The translations under genes were made by a program, and so were the position numbers. The notes below the pieces were generated by a model that saw nothing but the letters and a program-made list of their open reading frames with translations, made no database searches and was not told the DNA's origin. From Callorhinchus milii (lineage: Eukaryota): DNA of 64,000 bases. The stretch is from NCBI RefSeq assembly GCF_018977255.1, contig NW_024704743.1, positions 45,076,001-45,140,000 of the forward strand. The letters run 5' to 3'. Of the stretch, positions 1 through 12,300 are shown piece by piece (position 1 is the stretch's first letter; each line of letters begins with the position of its first letter).

Positions 1-2275
1 TGGGTAAAATTCCATTGAGCAGTACATGCAGCTTGTTTGATGACATCAACCACTGTCAATGTGATCTTCTACTATATTTGTGCATCACTAAAGAGGTTAC
101 ATGTAACACTCAATGGTATTTTTAGCCCTATTTTTACCCCATTCCTTGGTGGTTGATATATCTTATACATTTAACATTGGACTTTGGGGTTTAATTTGCG
201 ATGTTCTCGTGTTCATTGTAACGTCTGGTTAGCAAAATTGAGGGCCTGTGAATCCTAAATCCCATATTAGCAAAGGCTGAAAATGGCTTTTTAACAACTT
301 TGAATTCACAATTTTACAGGGATGATTTTCGAAAACCAAAAATTGAACTAACACAAGTGATGTATATAAGACCCTCCATCTGCGATTTTTGTAGGAAGCT
401 CTTTCTGCATTTCATTTGTCTCAAAAGGTTCGCTTTTCTAAGGTACCCCAGCCAATACACTCTGGATAAATTACTATTTGCAGGTGTCTTTAAAGCCTAA
501 GGGTTTTGTATACAGAGCCAATACTATTTGTTGATTCAGTTGATTACTACTGCTTTTGGTAACAAGACTTCAGAGAAAGCCATTACCAAGCACAAAATGG
601 TAAAATAGGCAGAAAATGTATTTCTCGTGGTAGGTAGGGGTCCACCAACACCAAAGTTCATTCTGTTTATGCCATGCCTACTTCCTGAATCAGTATGGAA
701 AAGATTTTTCTTGACCGCCGCAAACAGCTATGTTAAACAATCTGCATGGTTTCACACAGCTCAGGGTAATAAGAGTTTTGCTCTGAACTGACCTAAAAAT
801 CAAGGCATGGAGTTATCCTCTTATGCTACTACTGCTATTATCTACTTGTACTTGTTTGGCAAAGTTCATTTACAAGTGAAGGTTGAATGAATGAATGTTA
901 GGTTACCTGTCTTATAACTAGTATAACCTTTTGTTGTTTTGTTTGTGTTGTTGTTGTCCAAGTTGTTGTTTTGTGATGTACCAAAAGAATGAAGCAGACG
1001 ATAACAAAGGTTAAATATCTACCTATTTAATACATGTTAAAATATGTTCCTAAACATATAAAATATGAACATAAGAGTTTATTAGTGCAAAGCCTCATTA
1101 GAGCAAAGCCTATCTTGTTTGTAGAAGGCTTCTTTATGCTTCCTATACGCAGCGGCGGACTAGTGATATGGGAAATTGGGAAATTGCCCGAGCACCCCTG
1201 TAATTGGCTCCCAAACATCCCCCACAAATCGGGTCCCCTATTTTACATCACAATCCCGAGCCCTTTTGGAGAGCCAGTACGTCATTCACTGTATGTGACA
1301 ATAATATTTTACCTGATGGTGACTCTTTTATTTCACTATGTAGAATAAAAATAATAATAAGCATTACATTTGGTATAGCGTCTTTGATGTCAGGAGGACA
1401 TCCTAAAGCCTTCACAGGATATATTGCAAACTAATAATAATAGTTATAGTACTTGCATTTGATATAACGCTTACACATCATCGAGACAATATGATAAAAT
1501 GGATTGACTGTGTGTTTTGTGGTTGAAAGTATAGTGACTGTGTTTTGTGGTAAATTGACTGCACTAGTTAAACTATAATTTTTAGATAGACAAACTCCTA
1601 AACTGGATCTGCATTGCTTGAAGCTGTTGGAACTCCCAATGTAGTTGCAGACAATAAAATATGTTGTAAACACAAGAAGATTTTAGAAAGGATAGCGCCC
1701 TTCCCTTCAGTTAATTGGGGCAATGCTTCTTGTGTGGTAACAGCCGATGAGGAGATGGATGGTAGAAAGGTTAGAATTTAAGCTTTTAGGGTACTGAATT
1801 TCTACTGCGTTTCTTATGATCCAATATTGAAAAGATGTACTATGGTTCTAGAAGCTTTTTTCAATGCTTTTGAAGGCAAGATATAATAATTCTTATATTT
1901 GATACAGCACCTTTCATGTTGGGAGGAGTCTCAAAGTGCTTCACATGATATACTGTAAAGTGGAGTGACTGTGTACCTTGTGGATGAAATGAAAGATTTT
2001 CTATTTATTAATGAGTCAGCAACAAAAAGGCATAAATTGAAGACTATCACGAGTAGAAAAAGGCGGAGATTATAAGATATTTTTTGCACAGAGGTTTGCC
2101 TGAATGTGGAAAGCCTAACCACAAATGGTTAGGTTTAAAATGAGTCCATAATATCAGGTATTTAAAAGGAAATGGGGTAAATATTTGAGAAAAAAGAAAT
2201 AGCCTGTTACAGGGTGGTGGTTTGACTTCATAACCTCAGAAGCGCTTTGAGACGTCTAGAAGATGTGAAAAGCGC

Positions 2276-2468
2276 TATATCAAATGCAAGGATTATTATA
2301 TTATTACAGACCATGCTATAAGACATCTTTGAGTAATCTTGATGTCTTGATAAACTAGTATATCAAATGAAGGATTATTATATTATTGTAGATCATGTTA
2401 TAAGACATCTTTGAGTCATCTTGATGCATTAATAAACTAGTATATCAAATGAAGGATTATTATATTAT
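2276..2468 (+). repeat. Tandem duplication of an ~82-bp SINE-tail-derived unit (~2.3 copies)
   Basis: tatatcaaatg(c)aaggattattatattat recurs at 2276, 2359 and 2441. Confidence 0.9.
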
Positions 2469-5329
2469 AAGGAGTCAAGCAAAAAAGTGACCACTGGTCA
2501 GTGCTTTTGGTATCGTCAGTTTGCTGCTGGTGACATTTCCTTTGTGCCTGAAGTAACCAGTCTTCGACAGAACTTTACAGCACTTCTAAAAGCAAGCAAA
2601 GTGTCCTATTCTTCCAATTGTGTAAAAATTTTAGATGAACAAATCATGCTAAATCAGACTATGTTATGGTACAGTTTTTCTGTATTAAAGTTTATGGGGG
2701 GGAAAAGACAGGGAATGAGATTGGAAATCCAATGGAGGGACAGTGCACAGATGAGGCAAAGATGATAATAAGCATTACATTTGGTATAGCGCCTTTGACA
2801 TCAGGAGGATGTCCTAAAGCCCTTCACAGGATATACTGCAAACTAATAATAATAGTTATAATACTTGCATTTGATATGCTATGTTGTAATGCAGCAAAAT
2901 AAAACCACTGATCCTGTAACGTCAAATTGTTACTGCATAACAGCAAGCTAATTTCGATCTGGGAAAAAGCTTTTGACTGTTTCTAGAATAATTATATCCT
3001 TATAAGGTTAAATGATTCCATTTTGAAAAAGGGATTATTTAATTATAATTTTCAAAGCTTAAATATCCAGCAACTCTCTGTTTGGCAATGAGTTAAAAAT
3101 ATGCTGTCTTTAAATAGGAACATCCTTTTCCTGGAAACCTAACATCTGTATTAATCTATCCTGTATGAATCAGATCACTTTCAGGGTGTTCTTTGATGGG
3201 AGGCCAATTGCTGGTAAAGTAATTATTATGTAAGAATTGGCTCCAGTGAACTGTATGTGAAAAATAGACAAGAGTGTGAAAATAGTCCAGTACATAGTTA
3301 TCAGTCATTCATATTCAGAATTCCAATGCCAGATGTTCTTCAACAGATTTTTAGACTTTGATTTAAATGCCGCACAATCTACAGCTAATGGAGATTATCC
3401 CAAATTGCTTCTCGTTAATCTGGACATATCATTTTAAAGAATAAATGCAGGAAGGTTTGTGGCCTAATGTTGTTGAATGTTGACACACTTTTACTTATAA
3501 TGCACAGGAAGCAATTGCCTGTGCTCCATGTTATACATTGTAAATGATGCTAGTTTACGATATTAAATCAGGAGTTTAATGATGAAAGAGGAGGGATTAT
3601 GCTACAGGAGCACCTCTCAACCTTTGGTGACATTGCTGTGGTTCTTGTCATGGTCGGGAAGAAGTAAGAATGGTCCGCAAACCACAAGCAAAGCGTCCTA
3701 CTTTTCTAGTTGTGTAAAGGTTTTAGATAAAGAAATCATCATTAAATAGTCCAGAGCCAGTCATACAGTAGTCTGGTGTTTGTACTTTGTGTGTGTGTGT
3801 ATGTGTATATAATAGCAATGTGGCACCTCACTCATGGCTTCTGCGAAGAGGTGTTACTGGCACTGCTAGGCCAGAACAGTACTAACATTATTATGTGTCT
3901 GTCTTTGCTACTGGTCATGTAGTTTGCAGTAAAATGGAATTTATCATGTTTCCATCTTCTTCATACCAGTGCAGAGGTGTGATTGTAAAAATAGATGAAA
4001 GGATTTTAAACAGTGGAGGTTATGCTGGCTTTGACTGTGCACTACTCACTAACACTGGCTTTACACCTCACCACAGTCATGTTGTTATTTAGTGGTGCTG
4101 CTGAATGAATCATATTTCTGTCCTGTGCCTTTTGATGACGAAGGCTCTCACTGTTATTAAGATAGAGTGCACAGGGTAAAGTCTTACCTGATGTGCAACA
4201 TGATATTTACGCCATCGGTTTGAATAGTGTAACCCAGGGAATAAAACATAAATGTTATTAGATGGCCATTAAACATTTTCCGTGCAATAACATATGTTTC
4301 ACAGTTCATCTCCCAGCTTCCATAATTCACTTCTACAGTCAAAATTGCCCTATTGTTCATGTCACTACAGCTACTCTGTTGTCACTTCATCCCCCTAATG
4401 GGATCATAAAGCAGCTTAACTGTCGTCAGTGTTAAAAGGAAAAGTGTCAGCCACTAAAAATAAATCTTTAATATGGAGGTGACTGTAATGTTTAATTGCT
4501 ATTATTTATTCCAGTTTTATTTTCTCAACTGCACAGTGAAAAGTTTTCAGCTTGTGGGGAATCAGCAGACTGATGCTATCATTAGCTTCTATCACAAATC
4601 TCCCGAGCAGCACATTGTGGTACCATAGTCTATTGAAAACAAAATCTAGCGAAAGGCTGTATCTGGAGTCTCGATGAAAGTGTTGGGGTGGATTTTGAAA
4701 ATGCTGTGCCGACTTCAGCGTGATTGGCAGAAGAGTCAGTACATGCTCTAAATTAAGGAGGAGCAGAGCCCAAGAATTTACATCCAGTTATTTACAATCT
4801 CAAATTCCACTTTAATCTTTCTGCTAGAGTATGTGAAACTGAGCAGGTCCTGTGATCTCCTGCGTCCCCGTCTTCAGTCTAATAGCTTGAGTCCAATTAA
4901 GGTGCTCGTCATTTTGTTTTCTTTTGTAAGTAAAAGTAACGACAGGAGAGCTTTAACAACCGATTTTGAAACGTAAGGCAAATTATTGCATATGCTGATT
5001 TTGAAACATACCGGCTGGAGAACCATTTTATTGAGAAGTTAACAGCAGTGAGCAGAGGAGCGGCTTTGGTTGTTCTGTTTTGATCCTTCTCCTGTGGTTT
5101 GAGTTGAGTGAGAATGAATGCTCAGTGTTGCCCACTCTATTTCAAGTGCTCTGGGATGCTACCCTGCATGAGGAGCACAATATAAATGCAAGTTATTGTT
5201 ATTTGTCTACCGGGTGATTTAAAACAAAGTCCAACCTTGTGTTTCCAAATTTCCATGAGAATCCTTTACTCAGGAGTGACCAGAACAAAATAATCAAATG
5301 GAATTGGGATCTAGAAATTGGAGCTGAAA

Positions 5330-5790
5330 CAAGAACAACTTTCATTTATATAACGCCCTTCACATAGAATAACGTCTCAGTGCACTTCACAGGGACAATG
5401 TTGGATGCTGAGCAAGGGAGGAGAGGGAGATAACCATAGGGGTGGGTGAAGATATAGGCTTTAGGTGGTACTTAAAGGTAGATCAACAGGGGGCTAGATG
5501 GAAGGGAAGAAGGAGGGAGTTCTAAAGTGTGGGGGCATAGTGCTGAAGGCTTGGTCACCGATGTGAGGTGGAAGGGTTAGGGAAAAAGCAGCAAGCCAGA
5601 GAGTGTGAGCATAAGAGCAAGATAGAAGAGGGTCACAGAGATAGGGAGGTGCTAGAGTGTGAAGGGATTTATAGGTGTGGATGAGGATCTTGAAACCGAT
5701 CCATTGAGTCAGTGGAGCCTGGCGAGGATGGGGATGATGGGCAAGTGGAGATTGGTGTGGGTGAGGTAGTGGAAGTTTTGAATAAGCATA
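5330..5790 (-). mobile_element. Decayed L2 3' fragment
   Basis: L2 tail (aacaactttcatttatataacgcccttcac) followed by purine-rich sequence similar to the other L2 3' copies. Confidence 0.65.
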
Positions 5791-7572
5791 TTATTCAAGA
5801 GTTAAATGAGCATGTCTTCCTCGTTCAGTTAAAAAGGAACAAAATGTTAATAAAAACGGCATCACAGTCCTTGCTACAATATTAGGCTTTACAAAGCCTT
5901 GAGATATCCCCTCCCCTCCATACTTGATCGTAGTTCTGTTGAAAGACACAAATACTTATAAACCCGTCAATTTGCAAGATCTTTTCCAAATCCCAAATTG
6001 AACTTGAAAACGACTCAGTTACTGCTACCAAATCCTCCTTGTGCACTGTACCTTCCATCAAATAAATGAGTGTGGTAATTAACCTTACCTATATCCCCCA
6101 ACCCCAACAAGGCATCATGGCTCAAAATGATTGGCTGACTGATATAAGGTGAGGCTTAACACAAGTTGCTTGCACATTTTTACGTGAAGATGGTACAGAG
6201 ATAGAGGTTAACCCAGAGGTTTTTTTTNGGTATTAGGGCAGAGTAGAATAGACAAAGGATTATTTCCTTAAACCGTACGAAATCATGTTCATCCTAATTT
6301 ATTTTATTTTTGTAAACAGCAAGGTAAATCTTAAATCACCGTACGCACACTCGAAACGTTTGATCAGTAAGCAGGTTTAAGTAAAATCTCCAGTGCTGTA
6401 TTTTAGAAAGTTCTGTAATTGAAGTTTTGATTCCCGCTATTTCAGCAAGTGGACAGCAGGGAACTGGCGACGGAATGTCACAAATGCAACACAAAGGAGG
6501 TTCCGAAAGGAGATTTGGCAGAGGCCTGATGATCCCAAGTGAGTTGAAAACTTACACTTTGACTCACGTATACACTATGCAGTTCAGAGAATGAGAATTA
6601 AATAATCATCCTACACTAGCCATCGTTACATAGAGTTACTTAGTGTGATCCGGCACCAAAAACAACAAGTCCGTGGTGGTGTCTGTACTCCACACGATAC
6701 CCCACCCCTCCTATGCCCCTCGTCTATATCCTTTATACCTTTACATTACAATGTTGTTAGGAGGCCGTCCTCACTTTTCCTTTGAACAGCTCCCTGACTG
6801 TGATCTTTTAATAAACACAAAACTGTTTCTGCATACTTGTATTTTTACCTGGGATTTGAAAGCAGAATGCGGAAAGGGGAACAGTGGAATGCCTAGTTCG
6901 TTCCATTTAAGAATATGACCTTTATAAATTTAGTTGTGGCTTTTAACCAGGAAACAAACGGGCTATCACTGTATCCTGTTATGTGTTTTCTTTCCTTCCT
7001 ATATATTTTTTGCATCGACAGGAGTTTTGATTGTTTGAGAGCCATATAGATTTATATTCTTTGTAAACAGGTGTGGAAACTTATGAAGCTGGATGATCCA
7101 AATGTATTACCCCTAATACACGTGACTCCCTATTTCTCATTGCATTCTGTTACCTGGAATGCCTCTCCTTACGTGGTATAATATCTGAATTTGTTCTGCA
7201 GATAAACTTGTAAGAGTTGGAACGTGGGGCAATTAGAAAGATGGTTGCACTGAAACAACAAACTTTACTGTTGCGAAATACAGTTGGAATTATTGACAAC
7301 AAATTCTTATTAATGGGATCAGTAAACTCAAATGGCCAAGGTCAGTGAATTTACCAACCAGTGGAGAATAAGATGCTGAATAAGGTATGCTTGTGGGTCC
7401 AGGGCAGTAATTTTACTAATGTTTGGTAAGCAGTCCTCAATTCTGATTATGAAACATTTCATTTGGTCTTTAGCAGTGACAGCTTACAAGGAAAGAAAGA
7501 AAACTGCATCTCTATTGGTAGCCTCACTGATGTTGTTTCCAACGCAGACAACACTAATTGTTAGACTATCAC

Positions 7573-7779
7573 TGGGGGCAAATTCCACTTGGCTCTACAT
7601 TTCCCTATTTAAGTAGCACTTAGAACATCCAGAATTAGGCAAATTGTTGAATTTAGTCTTAACTTTGAAGTTGGTTTAATTTGTAAAAGAAACTTACAGA
7701 AAAACGGCTTCAAGATTAAGCATGTATTTAAGAATTTGCCAAATTCTGGACGCTCTAAGATAGATGGAAATTCTCCACA
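7573..7779. mobile_element. MITE-like non-autonomous DNA element with TIRs and 3-bp TSD (cac)
   Basis: Ends tgggggcaaattcca / tggaaattctccaca, with cac on both flanks. Internal ~30-bp inverted repeat. Confidence 0.78.
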
Positions 7780-9315
7780 CACATTGCAAAATTTGGACAT
7801 TTGGATATCTCTATAATAATAATCTTTGCATTTGATATAGCGCTTTTCACATCTTCTAGACGTCCCAAAGCACTTCACAGAATATACTGTAAAGTGAATT
7901 CACTGTATATTTGTGGGCGAAACATGGCAGCCAATCTCTAGTACTAACACCGGATAACAGATCTGTCAGCAGCATTTTTATTGCTAAATATGAGCTTTGT
8001 GAAAAATGTATTAATGGCCCACATTAAAGCTTTGCTAAAGTTGTGGACAGGAGCTCAAAGCTCCATTAAGAACTATTCTTCTTTTCCGCGGCAGTTTAAA
8101 TGTTTGTATATTTTGAAATAATGCAACGTTTGTGGAGAATTTAAAGAGCCTTTGGAAATTGTTTTTGTTATTTTTAAATATAGTCTGAAGAAATATGATT
8201 TAAAACTCCATCAGCAGACGAAATAGCAGGAAGTACCACCCATGTGGAGGATGCAGAAATTTGGCATAAAAATTTCATCTAAATGGACCATTGTGTAACC
8301 GGTGATTTGTGTGAGAGCAGGGAGGGACATTCTCCAGTAATGAGGTCTGAATGAAACCTTTGACTTGGAATTCCTTAGTGTGCTTGTCTGTAATATTTCT
8401 CAGGAAGCACCGTGTGTGAAATAGTTAACGCTGTCATGAATCACAAGAGACGTTTAGTGTTTGGAACAAGTTTGTTCTTTTACATCATAGTTTGAGCATG
8501 TGCGTGATTTTTATACCCCAAAGGCAGGAATTGCTCACTGCTGGGCAGAAGCTGACATTTGGGGGTGGGTGGGGGAATGCTGGGATAAAAAGTCATGGTC
8601 AAAAAATGATTTTGAAGTCTTTTGCTACTGATTGATTGGCATTAGGCTCAAACTGGGTCATTTGCTAACAAAACAATTTCTGTCCATTTTGGTATGTTTT
8701 TATTATTGCTGTAATCTTTTTTCCAATTTTGCTTAATGCTGGAGAACTGATAAAGGACTGCATTCTGTACAAAATGTGCTACTTATATAATGAATAATCT
8801 GCCAATACCAGATGGGCCTGGGATTCACCTGCATTTTATATAACCTGATTTTAATTTAATTTTTTATCTCAATGAAGATTGCCTTCAAACCCAGCATAAA
8901 CTAATTTTGAGATATTTACTGTGTGATTTCCTGGGATGGCGATTTAAATTAAATTGTTTGACAGGTGATATGATGGTCTACATTCTTCATGGGAATTTCG
9001 CCTTGCAAAGTGAGAGCTTTATACACAACACGGCCTTTAACCCAGAGATCTCCAACCGGTTAATCACTGCTAGGTGCGCTATGGGACGCTACTCCTGTGC
9101 TATACAAATGTAAGTTGTTGTTGTTGTAGGTGACGTCTCATGCATGCTCAATAAAGACGAGGAATGAATGATATTTCCTGGAGTTTAAATAATAAAGTTT
9201 AAATTTTTAGTTCGAGTTGCATGAAATATTTTGTGCATCTGGTTTCTCTTTCAATTGGGCTAAAAAACTACACAGTTCTGTCGCTCCTTCCTCTTGCCTT
9301 TTTGATCATGCGCAA

Positions 9316-9334
9316 GAGCGCCACCTAGCAGCGA
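9316..9334 (-). promoter_or_regulatory. Candidate CTCF-binding motif
   Basis: Minus strand reads cgCTGCTAGGTGGCGCtc, close to the CTCF core CC(A/G)(C/G)(C/T)AG(A/G)(G/T)GGC(A/G); local CpG cluster. Confidence 0.5.
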
Positions 9335-12300
9335 TCGATCGGTTGGAGACCCCTGCTTCAACAACAACAATAACAACTTGCATGTATATTGCGCCCTTCA
9401 CATGGGGCAGTGTCTCGGAGTGCTTTAACCCCTTAAGATACGGTAAAAGGCATTCTGAAATGCTTTTGTTAAAAAAAAGTTGTTAATCTATTTAAGAATT
9501 TTTAAAAATGGGAACACAATCTCTTCCAATGGTAAATAGCAATTTTATGATGAATGGAAGGTACACTGACTTTCACAGACAGATTGAGAGTTTCATTTTA
9601 AAAAAGATGTCACACCTTTAGTTTCAAATGTGGACGAAAGTACAGCTATACTCCACCCTTTGGTTCATTGCAAGGTTCTTAGTTATAACACTGACTCTGT
9701 TATAAGGCCACAAATCTTGGCTCCTGATTCTTTCACATCCCATGTTAATGCTGTGTTATGAGACATTCCCTGTAGCCCACGCTCTGTTACAACATGCAGA
9801 TCATTTGGCTCATGAGCACCTTGCTAGAATGTGCATGACCCATGCTGCAGCTTTGAGAGAGGCCAAAAGTTACCTCTTATTTTACCATAAAATGTAAATG
9901 AATGTATAAAAACTTGAAGACAACTAAAGGTATCTTTGGGGTTGTGCGTACCTACGTGCATACAATGGAATTGGTATTAGGAAGTGAGTGGACTGGAGCC
10001 ATGTAGATAATTTTGACTCCAAGAGAAATTTATTTTGGCTTCTGAAATGCAGGATTGCAATCTATAGGGAATTTCTCATAACACAGCGTTCATCCAGGAT
10101 TGCTGGATGAACTCCAGGACGATAAACTCCAGCACCTGAAGCCAAGCTTTTCCCTGTTCTTTACTCAAATGGACTCAAAGGACTGAAGCTGTGCAATCAT
10201 CACATCTGCCAAGTCTTAGCCTTGATAGGTTCAAAATATAGCTTGTTTGTGCCACTCTCTGAAATTAAACACAATTGTATATTCTAATAAGGTTGTGATC
10301 CCTTTTGCTCCTGCTTATAAAATCCCACTTCCACAATGTGCCAGTGAGGGAGGCACCTTCGTTTTGCCTGGGAGTCAAGCCATCAGTCCTTGGAGTGTTG
10401 TGATTGATAAGATGTAACAGGATAGAGCAGATGATAGTGAGCTGACCTTTAAGGCCATTGTGCCACTGGGGCAATCAGCAAAAGGTTCTTTAAACACACG
10501 TTTCTATCTTTTACATTTACTTTTTCTGCCTCTGTTACGCCTTTTTATGTTTTCTCTCTGGTTTTGCTCAATGTTTCCCGATCTGACAGCCCAAGCCGCA
10601 AAGGAAGGGCCAGGAACAACTGGTGAGAGCAAAACAGCAAAAACGTTAATTAAGATTCAGGATTCAGGCCAAGATAGTGGGGAACTGGGAGATCAGGAGA
10701 TTGAATGTAAAACCAGGCGTCAGAAAGAGAAGACAGGAACTGAAAACATTGGAATCTAGTTTGGATTTGTAAATAGACAATTCAGCAGAAACCCAAATGT
10801 GTCTCAGGCTGCCCCTCTAAACCCTTGATTAGACTCTGATCTCAGTTCTAACTTCTGGCTGAATTTTGCTCCTGGTACCTGCTGATAGTCTGGGTCTGGA
10901 GGAGTACACCCTGTTTAGAGGTATACATCCTGGTAGACGAGTAGAGGCGTACAACTTGTTAGAGCTGTACACCCTGATGGAAATGATATGTAGCTGGATA
11001 GATGTCCGTATCGTGATGGGTGGATGGATGTACCATCCTGGGTTGAAATATATTCTTATTCACAATCAAATCAAATAAACCTATATTCTTGAACTTGGTA
11101 TTTTAAGATAGTGTTCAGTGGTGCCGACTATACATGCAAATCATAAGTGAGATCTTGATGTTTGGAAAGAATATCTAGGAATACCTTTGCAGAATATCGT
11201 AGGAATTTTAAGAGCCCAATTTCCTATTTTAGATCTTACCGCTTGATTTCATTTCTCAGTCCCATACAAGATGTATTTGCTGTTTTTCCAGCTTGCTGAT
11301 TATAGAGAGCTGCTCTATAACTAGCGCCAGGAGTGGAGGAGTAGTAAACTGGTTCCCGTGTGAATTATCTCTGCTATCTGGCAATTCTTGGCGCCAGTTC
11401 ATAAGGCTGTATTAAACAACCAATATGTTTGTTTTGTTCATACAGTTCAAAGCTATTGAGCTAAGCAGTCAGTGTTGCTCAGAATTTAGCAAATCTGTCA
11501 TCAGTTTTAAGATGTAGGTAAGCTTGTTTTCCCTTCTTTGCTGACATGTTATGGTTTCATGTTGTGTAAGGTAAAACTTCTCTGTGAATTGAAAAAAAAT
11601 GTTTAGATGGAACTTAGAAATTAATTTGCCCTTGACGAACACCTGCAGCCCTCAAGAATGATTGTTCGCAATTCAGAAGAAAGCACCGATGAGCTTTCAA
11701 AAGCTTACAAAAAAACTTGCGAACACTCTTCGGCAATATGAAATTCAGATTTAAAATATGTCCCATTCGTGTGCTTATCTAGCTTTATGTTGCGTGCTTT
11801 CGAAACATAGCAAAACAGTTGGAAATGTACTGCAGGGCTTTGATGTCTGCTTCTTTAGGAGTTTCAGAGCCTCTGTTCTGATACTCCCTAAACTCTGCCC
11901 CACCAAAGTGATGTAACTCTAAACTCAAAGGATACCCTCTCTGTACCAGTATGAATTATTCTTTGTTTTCAGCATCATCCATAGATAGGTTTGAGGTCTG
12001 CACCAGCTCAGAAAATAGGGAAGCCACGAGAGAGGAATTGGCCCCTCTAAGATGATGTTGCTTATTGTTGGCCATAACTCAGCTGTAATTGGTCAGATAG
12101 TGGTATAAAATTGTCTATATTGGAATGCTTTTTTTATGTCCGTCTCATTGTTTGTGGTCCCAGTACAAACCTTACTCTTATCATACTTGGAGGATGCCTT
12201 CAAATCAAATCAGAAAGACACCAAAAAGAGGGCAAATGTTATTATTCCTGTCATGAGCCTTTTTTTAATGAATCTCTTGCATGAAATTTATTGTCAATTT

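Noticed and set aside
6228..6228. Isolated N bases (also near 45790, 56385, 60431)
   Set aside because: All sit at the ends of homopolymer runs and reflect assembly uncertainty, not biology
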